From Firmicutes bacterium UBA6811 (GTDB taxonomy: Bacteria > Bacillota > SHA-98 > UBA4971): a stretch of 64,000 nucleotides of DNA. The DNA is taken from contig DKEX01000001.1 of assembly GCA_002452295.1 (NCBI GenBank), positions 29-64,028 on the forward strand. The letters are read 5' to 3'. The translations under genes and the position numbers were made by a program. Positions 27,938 to 38,003 of this stretch are shown one piece after another. Every line of letters starts with the position of its first letter. Position 1 is the first letter of the stretch. The notes beneath the pieces are model-generated. The model did not search any database and had not been told where the DNA came from. It saw only the letters and a program-made list of their open reading frames with translations.

Positions 27938-30730
27938 ATGAGGGGAAGCGCACAGACGGACCCGTACGTTCTGCATCTTAGCGAGATCGGACCCGAACAT
28001 GACGGCCTTGTGGGGGGAAAAGCCCGGGGTCTTGCCCGCCTGGTAAGGGCGGGCCTGCCGGTGCCCGAGGGGTTCGTCATCACGACCGCGGCGTACCTGC
28101 GGCATGCGGTGGGCACAAGAGCAAAGGCAGAGGCGGAGCGGGAGGCAGGGATAGAGACAGAGGCCGCCCCCGATCTCTGGCGGCCGGTCAGCGATACCTA
28201 CCAGGGCCTTGCAACCCGGCACCCGGGAGCGTCCTTCGCTGTGAGATCCTCGGCCGGCGCGGAGGACGAGGTGGGGTCCTCGCACGCGGGGCAGTACGAC
28301 ACCTCCCTCGGGGTCCGCGGGTGGGATGCCCTGGTTGAGGCGGTGCTCTGCTGCTGGGGGTCGCTGGAGGGGGACAGGGCCCGGGCGTATTCGCCGCATC
28401 GCGGGGCGCGGCGCGCCGGGAGGCGCCCGGAGCATGCCATGGCTGTGATCGTGCAGGTTGAGATTCCGGCTGAGGTGAGCGGCGTCCTTTTCACGTTGAA
28501 CCCGCAATCCGGCAGAGAAAACGAGATGCTGGTGGAGGCGAGCTGGGGTCTGGGCGAGGCGGTCGTGTCGGGCCTAGCGAACCCCGACAGGTTCGTGCTG
28601 GACACGTGGACCGAAACGGTTGTGCACGCGGAGATAAACGACAAGAGGGTCATGGTGGCGGCGGGCGTGGATTCTCGCGGTGTGAAGGAGATGCCCGTCC
28701 CGGAGGAGATGCAGAGAAGACGCACTCTCGATGACGGGGCGCTCGTCCGCCTGATGCGGCTTGGCGAGAGGGTCCAGGAGGCGCACGGCCTTCCCCAGGA
28801 CGTTGAATGGGCCTTTGCGGGCGGTGAATTCTTCATCCTGCAGGCACGACCCCTGACGGCATTTTCGTTTGCGGACGATTTCGGCCAGTGGACCTCCGCC
28901 AACTTCAGAGAGGTCATGCCGGGGTTCGCCTCGTACCTGAGCCAGTCCATGTCGTTCCACCACGACTTCGCCCGCGCGACGGACGAAGTCTTCAGGCGCA
29001 TCAGGCTGTCCCGCAAGGAAGATGAGGGGACCAGGTGGGCAGCGACGTTCTTCGGCCACGGCTACTGGAACGTGGGGTCGGCCAAGCGGGTGGCGGCGCG
29101 GGTGCCGGGCTTCAGGGAGCGCGCGTTCGACCGTACCGTCGGGATCATCCCTTCGTATGAAGGGGACGGGGCCGTGACCCCGTGGACTCCCGCGACGGTG
29201 CTCCGCGCCCTTCCTTCGCTCTTTGCTCTCAGGAAGCACTACCGGCTCGCGGTCGAGGAGGCCCGGAGCTTCATCTCGTGGTTTGACGCGAACGAGCAGA
29301 AATGGGACAGGGTAGCCCCGGAGGCGCTTGGCGATGCGGACCTTGCGACGTGGACGAAGTTCGGCATCGACCTGCACTGGCAGGCGAACCGGTGGGCCCT
29401 TGTGCTCTCTCTCCTCGGGACGCAGGCACAGGACGACTTCCACGCCTTGGTCGAAAGGATAGACCGCGTCGCCAGAAGAATGGGAAAGGCCGTGTCCGAG
29501 GCGCGCCTTCTCACCGGCATCGCCCGGATGGCTACAGCCGAGCCGCTCGCAGCCATCTGGGAGCTTGCGAGGTTCGCCGAAGCAGCGCCTGGCGTTGCCA
29601 GGATGCTGCGAGAGGAGTCCAGCCGGGAGCTTGCGGCGCGGTTTCGCCGATGGGAGGCTCTTGGGTCCGCGTCGGGCTCGGGGGACGCTGCCCATGCCGC
29701 GGACGAGCTGTGGCGGCGGTTCGCCGACTGTGTTTCGCGTTTCCGCTACATGTCGGAGGTGGACGAGGACCTCGCCGTCCCCAGGTGGATCGAGGACGTG
29801 AGTCTCCCCCTTTCCATGCTGAAGGCGTGCCTTTCCGGAGATGTGGGAGAGGACCCGCGACTTCAGCTTGCCCGCCAGGAGAAGGTGAGAGTCGAGGAGG
29901 AGCGGGTCGCCGCTGGGGTGCTGCGGTCGGGGTGGGCTGGCCGGCTGAACCCGTTTTCGTCTCGCGGCTTTCGCACGCAGCTCGAGCTTGTGAGGCGTCT
30001 TGCCTGGTGGCGCGAGGAGACGCGTATGTACCTGAGCCGGGCGAGGTACCACACCAGGCGTTTTCTGAGGGAGCAGGGCAGGCGCTGGGCGAGCCGCGGC
30101 CTATCTTGCGCTGAGGACGACGTCTTCTGGATGTCCCGCGGCGAGGTGCTCGGCCTCCTCGACGGAGGAGCCGATCCCGGTCAGGTGCGCGATGCGGTCA
30201 GAAAGAGACGTCGCATTCCCGTGATGTACAGGAACTTCGTCCCGCCGCCCGTGATCCTGCCCGGTCCCGCCCAGGTGTTCACGAAGCGCTCCCTGGCTCC
30301 GGGGGCGCGGGTCATCGACGACACTGTCGCCGGGGTGTACCTGCAGCGCAATAACGCTCGACCCGACGCGGCCACCGGCGACATGAACGTGAAGGAGGCG
30401 TTCACCGGTGTCGGCTGTTCGGCAGGGGTCGCGCGCGGCGTCGCCCGCGTGATCCGATCGCTGGACGAGGCAGGCGCCCTCCGGAAAGGCGAGGTGCTGG
30501 TGGCGCCGTTCGCGAACCCCGGCTGGATGCCGCTCTTCGGCGTCGCGTGCGCGATCGTGCTGGAGGAGGGCGGTCTTCTCTCCCACAGCGCCGTGGTGGC
30601 CAGGGAGTACGGGATCCCGGCGGTGCTGCAGGTGGAGAGAGCCACCACCAGGCTTCGCACCGGGGACATGGTGATCGTGGACGGGGCACGAGGTCTGGTT
30701 GAGGTGCTGGAAAGAAGGACGGAAGGCTGA
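27938..30730 (+). CDS. PEP-utilising-enzyme family protein with an N-terminal PPDK_N/ATP-grasp domain and a C-terminal phospho-His swivel domain, but no TIM-barrel domain. Architecture matches rifampicin phosphotransferase (RPH) / YvkC-like.
   Basis: N-terminus DGLVGGKARGLARLVRAGLPVPEGFVIT. C-terminus GEVLVAPFANPGWMPLFGVACAIVLEEGGLLSHSAVVAREYGIPAV. Length 930 aa. Confidence 0.7.
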   Translation: MRGSAQTDPYVLHLSEIGPEHDGLVGGKARGLARLVRAGLPVPEGFVITTAAYLRHAVGTRAKAEAEREAGIETEAAPDLWRPVSDTYQGLATRHPGASFAVRSSAGAEDEVGSSHAGQYDTSLGVRGWDALVEAVLCCWGSLEGDRARAYSPHRGARRAGRRPEHAMAVIVQVEIPAEVSGVLFTLNPQSGRENEMLVEASWGLGEAVVSGLANPDRFVLDTWTETVVHAEINDKRVMVAAGVDSRGVKEMPVPEEMQRRRTLDDGALVRLMRLGERVQEAHGLPQDVEWAFAGGEFFILQARPLTAFSFADDFGQWTSANFREVMPGFASYLSQSMSFHHDFARATDEVFRRIRLSRKEDEGTRWAATFFGHGYWNVGSAKRVAARVPGFRERAFDRTVGIIPSYEGDGAVTPWTPATVLRALPSLFALRKHYRLAVEEARSFISWFDANEQKWDRVAPEALGDADLATWTKFGIDLHWQANRWALVLSLLGTQAQDDFHALVERIDRVARRMGKAVSEARLLTGIARMATAEPLAAIWELARFAEAAPGVARMLREESSRELAARFRRWEALGSASGSGDAAHAADELWRRFADCVSRFRYMSEVDEDLAVPRWIEDVSLPLSMLKACLSGDVGEDPRLQLARQEKVRVEEERVAAGVLRSGWAGRLNPFSSRGFRTQLELVRRLAWWREETRMYLSRARYHTRRFLREQGRRWASRGLSCAEDDVFWMSRGEVLGLLDGGADPGQVRDAVRKRRRIPVMYRNFVPPPVILPGPAQVFTKRSLAPGARVIDDTVAGVYLQRNNARPDAATGDMNVKEAFTGVGCSAGVARGVARVIRSLDEAGALRKGEVLVAPFANPGWMPLFGVACAIVLEEGGLLSHSAVVAREYGIPAVLQVERATTRLRTGDMVIVDGARGLVEVLERRTEG

Positions 30731-30897
30731 TCCGGCGTCACCTGCGGTTTCGTTCATCGAGGGTGCCAGGCGTCGCCCGGCATGGGCGACTACGTACCTT
30801 GAAAATGAATGATTGGTTCTCATCCTGCGCCGTGCCAGCCGTCGGCCGGCACGGCCGACTGGTTAGGAGCGGATGCTAGCCACTCTCGATGACCGAC

Positions 30898-31308
30898 CTA
30901 ACCTGCTATCGAGTCCCAGTCGAAGAGTGCGTCGCTCGCAAGACCGAAGATCCGCTCGGCGGCGGCCTCCCCGTCCTCGTTCTCGAGGATGCCGGGGAGA
31001 GAGCGCTCGACCTCGGGTTTGAGCCTCACGACCATAGCCCTTCCGCCCGATGCGATCCTGGCGCGGGGTTCGCCCGAGGCGACATTCCTGATGTTGCCCT
31101 TGCCGAAGGTGCAGCCGGTGGCAAGCTGGAGGCCGTCATTCATGCACGAGACCGGCGGCGCGTCCCCGGCGTATGAATCGACTGTGACGCCGAAGTACTT
31201 CTTCGCGCCGAGCTTTTCGAGGGCGAGGGATCCCATCTTATAGCCGATGGCCACGTACGGGCCGAGATGGCCATGGAACTCTCTGATCCGCTGGAGAACC
31301 TCGTTCAT
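30898..31308 (-). CDS. FmdE-domain protein (formylmethanofuran dehydrogenase subunit E-like, standalone).
   Basis: EFHGHLGPYVAIGYKMG motif typical of PF02663. Cys-rich core (SCMNDGLQLATGCTFGKG). Confidence 0.6.
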   Translation of the reverse strand: MNEVLQRIREFHGHLGPYVAIGYKMGSLALEKLGAKKYFGVTVDSYAGDAPPVSCMNDGLQLATGCTFGKGNIRNVASGEPRARIASGGRAMVVRLKPEVERSLPGILENEDGEAAAERIFGLASDALFDWDSIAG

Positions 31309-31427
31309 CCCGCTCGCCCCCCCTCGAGACCTTCGCTGTTGCTGCGGACGGCCGTCCCGGTGACTGGTCCGACACCGGCACCGGCAGCGCGCTGCGTGAC
31401 GCGCCGTAACCTGCGGTTTCCGTCGCC

Positions 31428-32093
31428 TTACGATATTAGACAGCGGGCCTTGGAATCCTTCTCGATGTTCTCCAGCCGCTCCTCGAGCTCTTCCACCCTG
31501 CGACCCAGCTTCTCCAGCGCCGACTGCACGGGGTCGGGCAGGTTCTGGTGGTTGAGGTCGATGCCTGGCACTCGCTTCCCGTACCTCGCGACGATCTTTC
31601 CCGGGACGCCCACCACGGTCGCTCCGGCCGGCACGGGCCTCAGCACCACGGCGCCCGCGCCGATCTTCGCCTCGTCGCCCACCTCGAACGACCCTAGCAC
31701 CTTCGCACCAGCGGCTATGACGACGCGGTTCCCAATGGTCGGGTGGCGCTTGCCCTTCTCTTTCCCGGTGCCGCCCAGGGTCACCCCCTGGTAGATGGTG
31801 ACGTCGTCGCCGATCTCGGTGGTCTCGCCGATGACAACGCCCATGCCGTGGTCGATGAAAAGGCGCCGGCCGATGCGCGCCCCGGGGTGGATCTCTATGC
31901 CGGTCAGGGCACGCACCATGTGCGAGATGAGCCTTGCGATGACGAACATCCGCCTCTCATAGAAGAAGTGGGCGATCCTGTATCCTGTGACCGCGTGAAG
32001 GCCGGGATAGCACAGCACAACCTCGAGCACGTTCTTGGCTGCGGGATCCCGGTCGAATACGACCCTGATGTCCTCACGAATGCGTTCCAACAT
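31428..32093 (-). CDS. cysE: Serine O-acetyltransferase.
   Basis: N-terminal SATase helical domain ([20 protein letters not shown]) and left-handed beta-helix hexapeptide repeats ([41 protein letters not shown]). Confidence 0.8.
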   Translation of the reverse strand: MLERIREDIRVVFDRDPAAKNVLEVVLCYPGLHAVTGYRIAHFFYERRMFVIARLISHMVRALTGIEIHPGARIGRRLFIDHGMGVVIGETTEIGDDVTIYQGVTLGGTGKEKGKRHPTIGNRVVIAAGAKVLGSFEVGDEAKIGAGAVVLRPVPAGATVVGVPGKIVARYGKRVPGIDLNHQNLPDPVQSALEKLGRRVEELEERLENIEKDSKARCLIS

Positions 32094-32276
32094 GGGAAAT
32101 GCACCTCCCCGTAAGCCCCCACTATGGTCGGGGAATACCCTAGTAATTTGGTCGGGTTTGCTGTATTATAACACATGAAGGCCCGGCCCGCCAGATCCCT
32201 GCAGCAAGTGTTCCACGCGGCAAGTGACGGCGGCCCCGGGTGCGGCGTGGGCGCGCCTGTCAGGAAGGTGAGCGTT

Positions 32277-33194
32277 GTGGCGAAGATCGCCAGGAGCGTG
32301 TCGGACATCATCGGGAGGACCCCTCTCGTCCGGATCGGCCGGATTGCAAGAGGCCTGCCCGGAGAGATCGCGGCGAAGCTGGAATTCATGAACCCGGGCG
32401 GAAGCGTGAAGGATCGCACCGCCCTGGGGATGCTCCTCGCTGCGGAGAGGGAGGGAAGGCTCGGCCCCGGGTCGGTGGTGGTGGAGCCCACCAGCGGCAA
32501 CACGGGGATCGCCCTTGCGATGCTTTGTGCCGCGCACGGGCTCCGCCTCATCGTGACCATGCCGGAGTCCATGAGTGTCGAGCGCCGGAGGATACTCGAG
32601 GCACACGGCGCCGAGGTCATCCTGACGCCCGCAGCGGGGGGAATGGCCGGGGCCGTGCGGCAGGCGACCGCCATCGCAAGTGAGACGCCCGCCGCGTTCA
32701 TGCCGCAGCAGTTCACAAACCTGGCGAACCCTGATATCCACCGCAGGACCACCGCCAGGGAGATCTGGGAGGACACCGACGGCAAGGTTGACGTGCTGGT
32801 CGCGGGCGTCGGCACGGGCGGCACCATTACAGGCGTGGGCGAGGCTCTCAAGGCGAAGAAACCCGCTGTGCGCGTCGTTGCCGTGGAGCCGGCGGAGTCC
32901 CGCGTGCTCGAGGGCCGGCCTGCCGGGCCACACGGCATCCAGGGCATCGGCGCCGGGTTCGTCCCCGATGTGCTAAATGCCAGCATCATGGACGAGGTGG
33001 TGGCGGTGTCAACCGGGGACGCCGTCCGGATGGCTGGCAGGCTTGCGAGGGAGGAAGGCATCCTCGCAGGGATCTCGTCCGGCGCGGCGCTTGCCGCTGC
33101 GCTGTGCGTCGCGGAGCGGCCGGAGAGCGCGGGCCGTCTCGTGGTCGTGATCTTCCCCGACGGGGGCGAGCGATACCTGTCGGATCCCCTGTGA
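32277..33194 (+). CDS. cysK: Cysteine synthase (O-acetylserine sulfhydrylase).
   Basis: PLP lysine [21 protein letters not shown] loop. GTG at 32277 follows AGGAAGG. Divergent from cysE. Confidence 0.85.
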   Translation: MAKIARSVSDIIGRTPLVRIGRIARGLPGEIAAKLEFMNPGGSVKDRTALGMLLAAEREGRLGPGSVVVEPTSGNTGIALAMLCAAHGLRLIVTMPESMSVERRRILEAHGAEVILTPAAGGMAGAVRQATAIASETPAAFMPQQFTNLANPDIHRRTTAREIWEDTDGKVDVLVAGVGTGGTITGVGEALKAKKPAVRVVAVEPAESRVLEGRPAGPHGIQGIGAGFVPDVLNASIMDEVVAVSTGDAVRMAGRLAREEGILAGISSGAALAAALCVAERPESAGRLVVVIFPDGGERYLSDPL

Positions 33195-33412
33195 GCGCGC
33201 GGCTTCCTGGTACAGGACCGCCGCCGGGCGCTCGCGGGAATGGTGTGTCCGGAATGCACGGGGGCCTGCGACGATCCACCCCATCGAGTGACGGCCGGCC
33301 CTTTGCGTGCGCGGGGTCACGCAGGGTGCTATGCGCCATCTGTTCTGCGCATAATAGCCATAGGTCGAAGAGCGACTGGCAGCGAGACATCATTGCGCAG
33401 GACGGAGGCTGA

Positions 33413-34369
33413 TTGAACGTGGCTGGTGGAAAGAGTAGAAACCTGCTGTGGCTCGGGATCGGGCTTCTGGTCGTGGTGCTGGCGGTGGTTGGTATCTCAA
33501 GAGGGAGGAGGACAGCCCTCGCGAAGGAGCCCGCCATAAGGGTTTACCTCTCCGACCAGAAGAAGGTGCAGGCGATGCCGATGGAGGAGTACGTGGCCGC
33601 TGTGGTTGCCGGCGAGATGAAGAATTACTGGCCGAAAGAGGCCCTTGCGGCCCAGGCGGTCGTGGCGCGCACGTTCGCGCTGAAGACCCTCGAGGAGAAG
33701 CGCGGGAAAGGGCCCATGGGCTCAGACATCCAGGCCGGGTTCAAGCAGGCCCAGGAGTTCAAGCCGGAGAATGTAAACGATGCGATCAGGACGGCCGTCA
33801 GAGAGACCAGAGGGAAAGTGCTCACCCATGACGGCAGGCTCATCGACGCATGGTTTCACTCCAACGCCGGGGGCCTCACCGCCCTCGCCAAGGAGGGCCT
33901 GAACTTCCGCGGCCCTGAGCCACCGTACACCGTGGTCAAGAAGAGCCCTGACATGACGTCCGACGTCCCGGCCCAGGACCGCGTGTGGTCGGCGACCTTC
34001 AGCACGGCCGAGGTGGAGGCCGCGCTGAGCAAGATCGGGATACCGCTGAAGGGCGTCACCGACATGACCATCGCAAGGCGCGGCCCCTCGGGACGGGCGC
34101 AGACCATCACTATCCGCCATTCGGGCGGGGACACCACCATCGGCGGCAACGACCTGCGGGTTGCCCTGGACCCCATGCGCATGAGGTCGAACTTCATAAC
34201 GAGCCTGGAGGTTCGCGACGGCCAGATCCGCATGGACGGCAAGGGCTTCGGCCACGGCGTGGGCATGAGCCAGTGGGGCGCCCACAACATGGCGAAGGCG
34301 GGGCGCCGCCACGAGGAGATCTGCACTTACTATTTCAAGGACGTGCGGGTAGAGAAGCGCTGGGCATAG
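33413..34369 (+). CDS. spoIID: SpoIID/LytB-domain protein (stage II sporulation protein D-like lytic transglycosylase).
   Basis: N-terminal TM anchor, AQAVVARTFAL and WFHSNAGGLTA motifs of the SpoIID family. Confidence 0.75.
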   Translation: MNVAGGKSRNLLWLGIGLLVVVLAVVGISRGRRTALAKEPAIRVYLSDQKKVQAMPMEEYVAAVVAGEMKNYWPKEALAAQAVVARTFALKTLEEKRGKGPMGSDIQAGFKQAQEFKPENVNDAIRTAVRETRGKVLTHDGRLIDAWFHSNAGGLTALAKEGLNFRGPEPPYTVVKKSPDMTSDVPAQDRVWSATFSTAEVEAALSKIGIPLKGVTDMTIARRGPSGRAQTITIRHSGGDTTIGGNDLRVALDPMRMRSNFITSLEVRDGQIRMDGKGFGHGVGMSQWGAHNMAKAGRRHEEICTYYFKDVRVEKRWA

Positions 34370-34408
34370 CATGAAGCCCGGAGGGGGACCGGAGATGCGC
34401 CCGCACAC

Positions 34409-36709
34409 ATGTGGAGGCACGTGCGGAGAGGGGGAGACAACGTGGGAGAACCGGTGCGGCCGCAACAAGAAACCGGGTCGGGTGAGGAAAACGATGCAGC
34501 CACCGACGTGGCGGTGCTCGCGCTTTCGGGCATGACGTGCGCTTCATGCGTGGCCAGGGTGGAGCGGGCGCTCCGCCGCGCCCCGGGCGTGCTCGACGCC
34601 GCTGTGAACCTCGCGACCGAGAGGGCGACCGTCCGCTACAGCCCCGACGATACCTCCCCAGCCGACCTCGTGAGGGTGGTCCAGGACGCCGGTTACGATG
34701 CCCGCGAGGTCCGCGATGAAGACAGCGGCGCCGCAAGGGACAGGGAGCAGCGGCAGCGCGAGGCCGAGATAAGGCGCCAGAGGTCCCTCTTCGTTCTTGC
34801 GGCCGCTTTCTCGCTGCCGCTTCTGTCTCTTATGCTTTCGCATCTCTTCGGCGCGCACCTCCCGCCGCTCCTCGCAAACCCCCTGTTCCAGTTCGCCCTC
34901 GCCACCCCGGTGCAGTTCGTGGCCGGTTGGCAGTTCTACAGCGGGGCGTACGCCGCGCTTCGCGCGCGCTCCCCCAACATGGACGTGCTCGTCGCCCTCG
35001 GCACCACGGCCGCGTACGGCTTCAGCGTGTACCAGACGTTCGTCGGTCGCGGCCACGTCTACTACGAGTCCTCGGCGGTGGTCATCACCCTTGTGCTCCT
35101 CGGGCGGCTGCTTGAGGCCCGCGCGAAGGGAAGGACCTCCGAGGCAATGCGGAAGCTGATGGGGCTTGCGCCCCGCGCCGCGCACGTGGTGCGCGGCGGT
35201 CAGGAGGTGGACGTGCCCACGGAGGACGTGCGCGCAGGCGACATCGTGGTGGTGAGGCCTGGCGAGAAGATACCGGTGGACGGGGTGATCGCCGAGGGCA
35301 CGTCCGTGGTGGACGAATCCATGCTTACGGGCGAGAGCATCCCGGTGGAAAAGGGGCCCGGGGACGAGGTCACAGGGGCGACGGTGAACAGGCACGGCTC
35401 ATTCAAGTTCCGGGCGACCAGGGTCGGCAGGGACACGGTCCTCTCGCAGATCGTGCGGATGGTGGAGGAGGCCCAAGGGTCCAAGGCGCCCATCCAGCGG
35501 CTCGCCGACGTCGTCGCAGGATACTTCGTTCCGGCAGTGCTGGGGGTCGCCCTCGTTGCCCTGTTGAGCTGGCTCGTTGCTACGGGCGATCCGGGCCGCG
35601 CCTTCTTCGCCTTCACGGCGGTCCTCGTCATCGCGTGCCCGTGCGCCCTCGGCCTCGCCACGCCCACCGCCATCATGGTGGGGACGGGAAGGGGAGCTGA
35701 GGCGGGCATCCTCATCAGGGGGGCGGAGCACCTCGAGAGGGCGCACAGGATCGACACCGTGGTGTTCGACAAGACCGGGACCATCACGAAGGGCGAGCCG
35801 GAGGTGGTGGGCGAGGCCGTGGGTGCGGCCGCGCCGTCGCCGGGGGCCTACGTCGAAGAGATGCTGAGGCTCGCCGCGTCGGGCGAGATACGGTCGGAAC
35901 ACCCCCTCGGCGCCTCGATCGTGAGGCGCGCGCACGCTCTCGGGATCGCGCTTGGCGAGCCGTCGAGCTTCGAGGCGGTCCCGGGCAAGGGCATCCGCGC
36001 CCAGGTGGACGGGCGCACCGTGCTCGTGGGGACGCCGCGTTTCCTGGAGGAGGCTGGCGTGGACGTTCCCCAGGGGGTCGAGGAGGCGCGTCGCGACATG
36101 GAAAAGGAGGGCAAGACCGCGATGCTCGTGGCGGCGGACGGGCGGACGCTCGGCGTCATCGCAGTGGCCGACACCGTGAAGGAAACCTCGCGCGAGGCCA
36201 TCCGCGCCCTGCGGGGGCTTGGCGTGGAGGTGGTGATGATGACCGGGGACAACGAACGCACGGCGCAGGCCATCGCGCGACAGGTGAGCATCGAGAAGGT
36301 GCTCGCGGAGGTGCTCCCTGGCGACAAGGCCAGGGAGGTCCAGCGCCTTCGCCAGGAGGGCAGGGTCGTGGCGATGGTGGGGGACGGTATCAACGACGCG
36401 CCCGCGCTTGCCGCCGCAGACGTTGGTATCGCCATGGGCACGGGCACCGACATAGCCATGGAGGCCGCCGACATCACGCTCATCCGGGGCGACCTGCGGG
36501 CCGTTGCCGCGGCCATTCGCTTGAGCCGCCGCACCATGACGACCATCCGCCAGAACCTCTTCTGGGCCTTCATCTACAACATCATCGGCATACCGCTTGC
36601 GGCCCTCGGCCTTCTGTCGCCGGTGATCGCCGGCGCGGCCATGGCGTTCTCGTCGGTATCGGTCGTCACCAACTCCCTCAGGCTGCGCAGGTTCGACCCC
36701 TCGAGATGA
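34409..36709 (+). CDS. copA: Copper-translocating P1B-type ATPase.
   Basis: HMA domain [19 protein letters not shown] transmembrane metal site (IACPCALGL), DKTGTIT phosphorylation site, [10 protein letters not shown]. Confidence 0.85.
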   Translation: MWRHVRRGGDNVGEPVRPQQETGSGEENDAATDVAVLALSGMTCASCVARVERALRRAPGVLDAAVNLATERATVRYSPDDTSPADLVRVVQDAGYDAREVRDEDSGAARDREQRQREAEIRRQRSLFVLAAAFSLPLLSLMLSHLFGAHLPPLLANPLFQFALATPVQFVAGWQFYSGAYAALRARSPNMDVLVALGTTAAYGFSVYQTFVGRGHVYYESSAVVITLVLLGRLLEARAKGRTSEAMRKLMGLAPRAAHVVRGGQEVDVPTEDVRAGDIVVVRPGEKIPVDGVIAEGTSVVDESMLTGESIPVEKGPGDEVTGATVNRHGSFKFRATRVGRDTVLSQIVRMVEEAQGSKAPIQRLADVVAGYFVPAVLGVALVALLSWLVATGDPGRAFFAFTAVLVIACPCALGLATPTAIMVGTGRGAEAGILIRGAEHLERAHRIDTVVFDKTGTITKGEPEVVGEAVGAAAPSPGAYVEEMLRLAASGEIRSEHPLGASIVRRAHALGIALGEPSSFEAVPGKGIRAQVDGRTVLVGTPRFLEEAGVDVPQGVEEARRDMEKEGKTAMLVAADGRTLGVIAVADTVKETSREAIRALRGLGVEVVMMTGDNERTAQAIARQVSIEKVLAEVLPGDKAREVQRLRQEGRVVAMVGDGINDAPALAAADVGIAMGTGTDIAMEAADITLIRGDLRAVAAAIRLSRRTMTTIRQNLFWAFIYNIIGIPLAALGLLSPVIAGAAMAFSSVSVVTNSLRLRRFDPSR

Positions 36710-36954
36710 TTACTGGGATAATTGCAGGAAGGAACGTCGCTCGCATACGACGAATATGCCTGGTGGCGATCCGAGGCTCGTCAGGCTCCGGCCGCGTTGT
36801 CGGCGTGGTCCTTACAGTGGACCTGGCCAAGCGAGACAGTGAGATCAAGATCCTTCTGGGATGCTCGGAGGAAGAGATCGCTGACATCATGAGTGTCCTG
36901 AGCTCCGGCCCCATGCGTGCCCCGCTGGTGCGGCGATTCGCGCCGGCAACATGA
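36706..36954 (+). CDS. Hypothetical small protein (82 aa) translationally coupled to copA and to the downstream TPR gene.
   Basis: ATGA overlap with the copA stop, and its own TGA overlaps the ATG of the TPR gene. No recognisable domain, and local GC is lower than the surroundings. Confidence 0.25.
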   Translation: MITGIIAGRNVARIRRICLVAIRGSSGSGRVVGVVLTVDLAKRDSEIKILLGCSEEEIADIMSVLSSGPMRAPLVRRFAPAT

Positions 36955-38003
36955 GCGTTTGCGAAATGCAAGGGGATGGTGATCCTGTGCTAAACTCAGA
37001 CGGGGCACGCACGAGGAAGCATTATCGCGATCTCGTCAACGAACGCAGGCGCGAGGGAAAGCTGCAGGAAGCCGAGTCCGTCGTGCGCGAGGCCATTTTA
37101 GCATACCCCGCGGACCTCTCCTTCCAGGCGGATCTTGCCGACATCATGTATCGGCGAGATCGCCTGGAGGAAGCCCAGGCCGTCGCCGACGAGGTGCTGA
37201 GGCTCGATCCCGCGCATTACCAGGCCCTTATGGTGGACGGCAACGTATACTTCAAGCGGCGCCAGTACGAGCGCGCACGGGAGTATTTCGTGGCGGCGGA
37301 CGCGATCTCCCACACGAGTTACTCCGCAGGGCGCCTCGCCGAGGCCGAGCTGCGGCTCGGCATGTATCGCGAGGCGATGGACCGCTCGCTCCAGGCCCTC
37401 GAACGGCACCCCAACGATGGCTGGCTGGTCTCCCTCGTGGCGCGCGCTTACGAGAAGCTGGGCGACGTGGATAAAGCTATCGAGTGGTACGAAAAGGCAA
37501 GGGAGCTTAATCCGAAGAACAGTTTCGTATATACACAGTACGTGAAGCTGAAAGGGCGGCGCAAGGAGCCTGCCACCTACGCTAAGGAACTCGACGGGAT
37601 AATGAAGGTCAGGGAGCGCGCGCATGATCCGAACCTCCTTGTCCTGAAGGGAGACGTGCTCCAGCGCGCGGGGGATCTCTCGGGCAGCATCGGGTGTTAC
37701 GAGGAGGCCGCGCGCCTTGCGCCGGAGGATGCTTTCGTCGTGTCGAAGCTGGGGTTCGCCTGTCACAGGGCCGGGGACGACGAGAAGGCGATTCCCCTTC
37801 TCGAAGAGGTGCTCTCCCGCGACCCCGGGAACATGCACGCGCGGTCCGCCCTTGCCGCAGCTTACCGCAAGCTGGGCAGGTATGCCCAGGGCGCCGGATT
37901 CTTCGAGAGGCTGGCGCAGGACCACCCTTCCATGAAGGCTTTCTGGGGAGAGGCGAGGAAGCTCCGGTCAAAGATGGTCCCGGCGGAGGAGGAAGAGAGT
38001 TAG
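36951..38003 (+). CDS. Tetratricopeptide-repeat (TPR) protein.
   Basis: Several 34-aa TPR-like units (W-LG-Y-A-F-A-P helix-turn-helix pattern, e.g. EAQAVADEVLRLDPAHYQALMVDGNVYFKRRQYERAREYF). Stop codon abuts the TTG start of the next gene. Confidence 0.65.
   Translation: MSVCEMQGDGDPVLNSDGARTRKHYRDLVNERRREGKLQEAESVVREAILAYPADLSFQADLADIMYRRDRLEEAQAVADEVLRLDPAHYQALMVDGNVYFKRRQYERAREYFVAADAISHTSYSAGRLAEAELRLGMYREAMDRSLQALERHPNDGWLVSLVARAYEKLGDVDKAIEWYEKARELNPKNSFVYTQYVKLKGRRKEPATYAKELDGIMKVRERAHDPNLLVLKGDVLQRAGDLSGSIGCYEEAARLAPEDAFVVSKLGFACHRAGDDEKAIPLLEEVLSRDPGNMHARSALAAAYRKLGRYAQGAGFFERLAQDHPSMKAFWGEARKLRSKMVPAEEEES

Noticed and set aside
25745-28507. 920-aa minus-strand ORF.
   Set aside because: Antisense to the aminotransferase and RPH-like genes, both with strong motifs. 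The product is low-complexity Arg/Pro/Gly-rich.
28574-30052. 492-aa minus-strand ORF.
   Set aside because: Antisense to the RPH-like gene, with no motifs.
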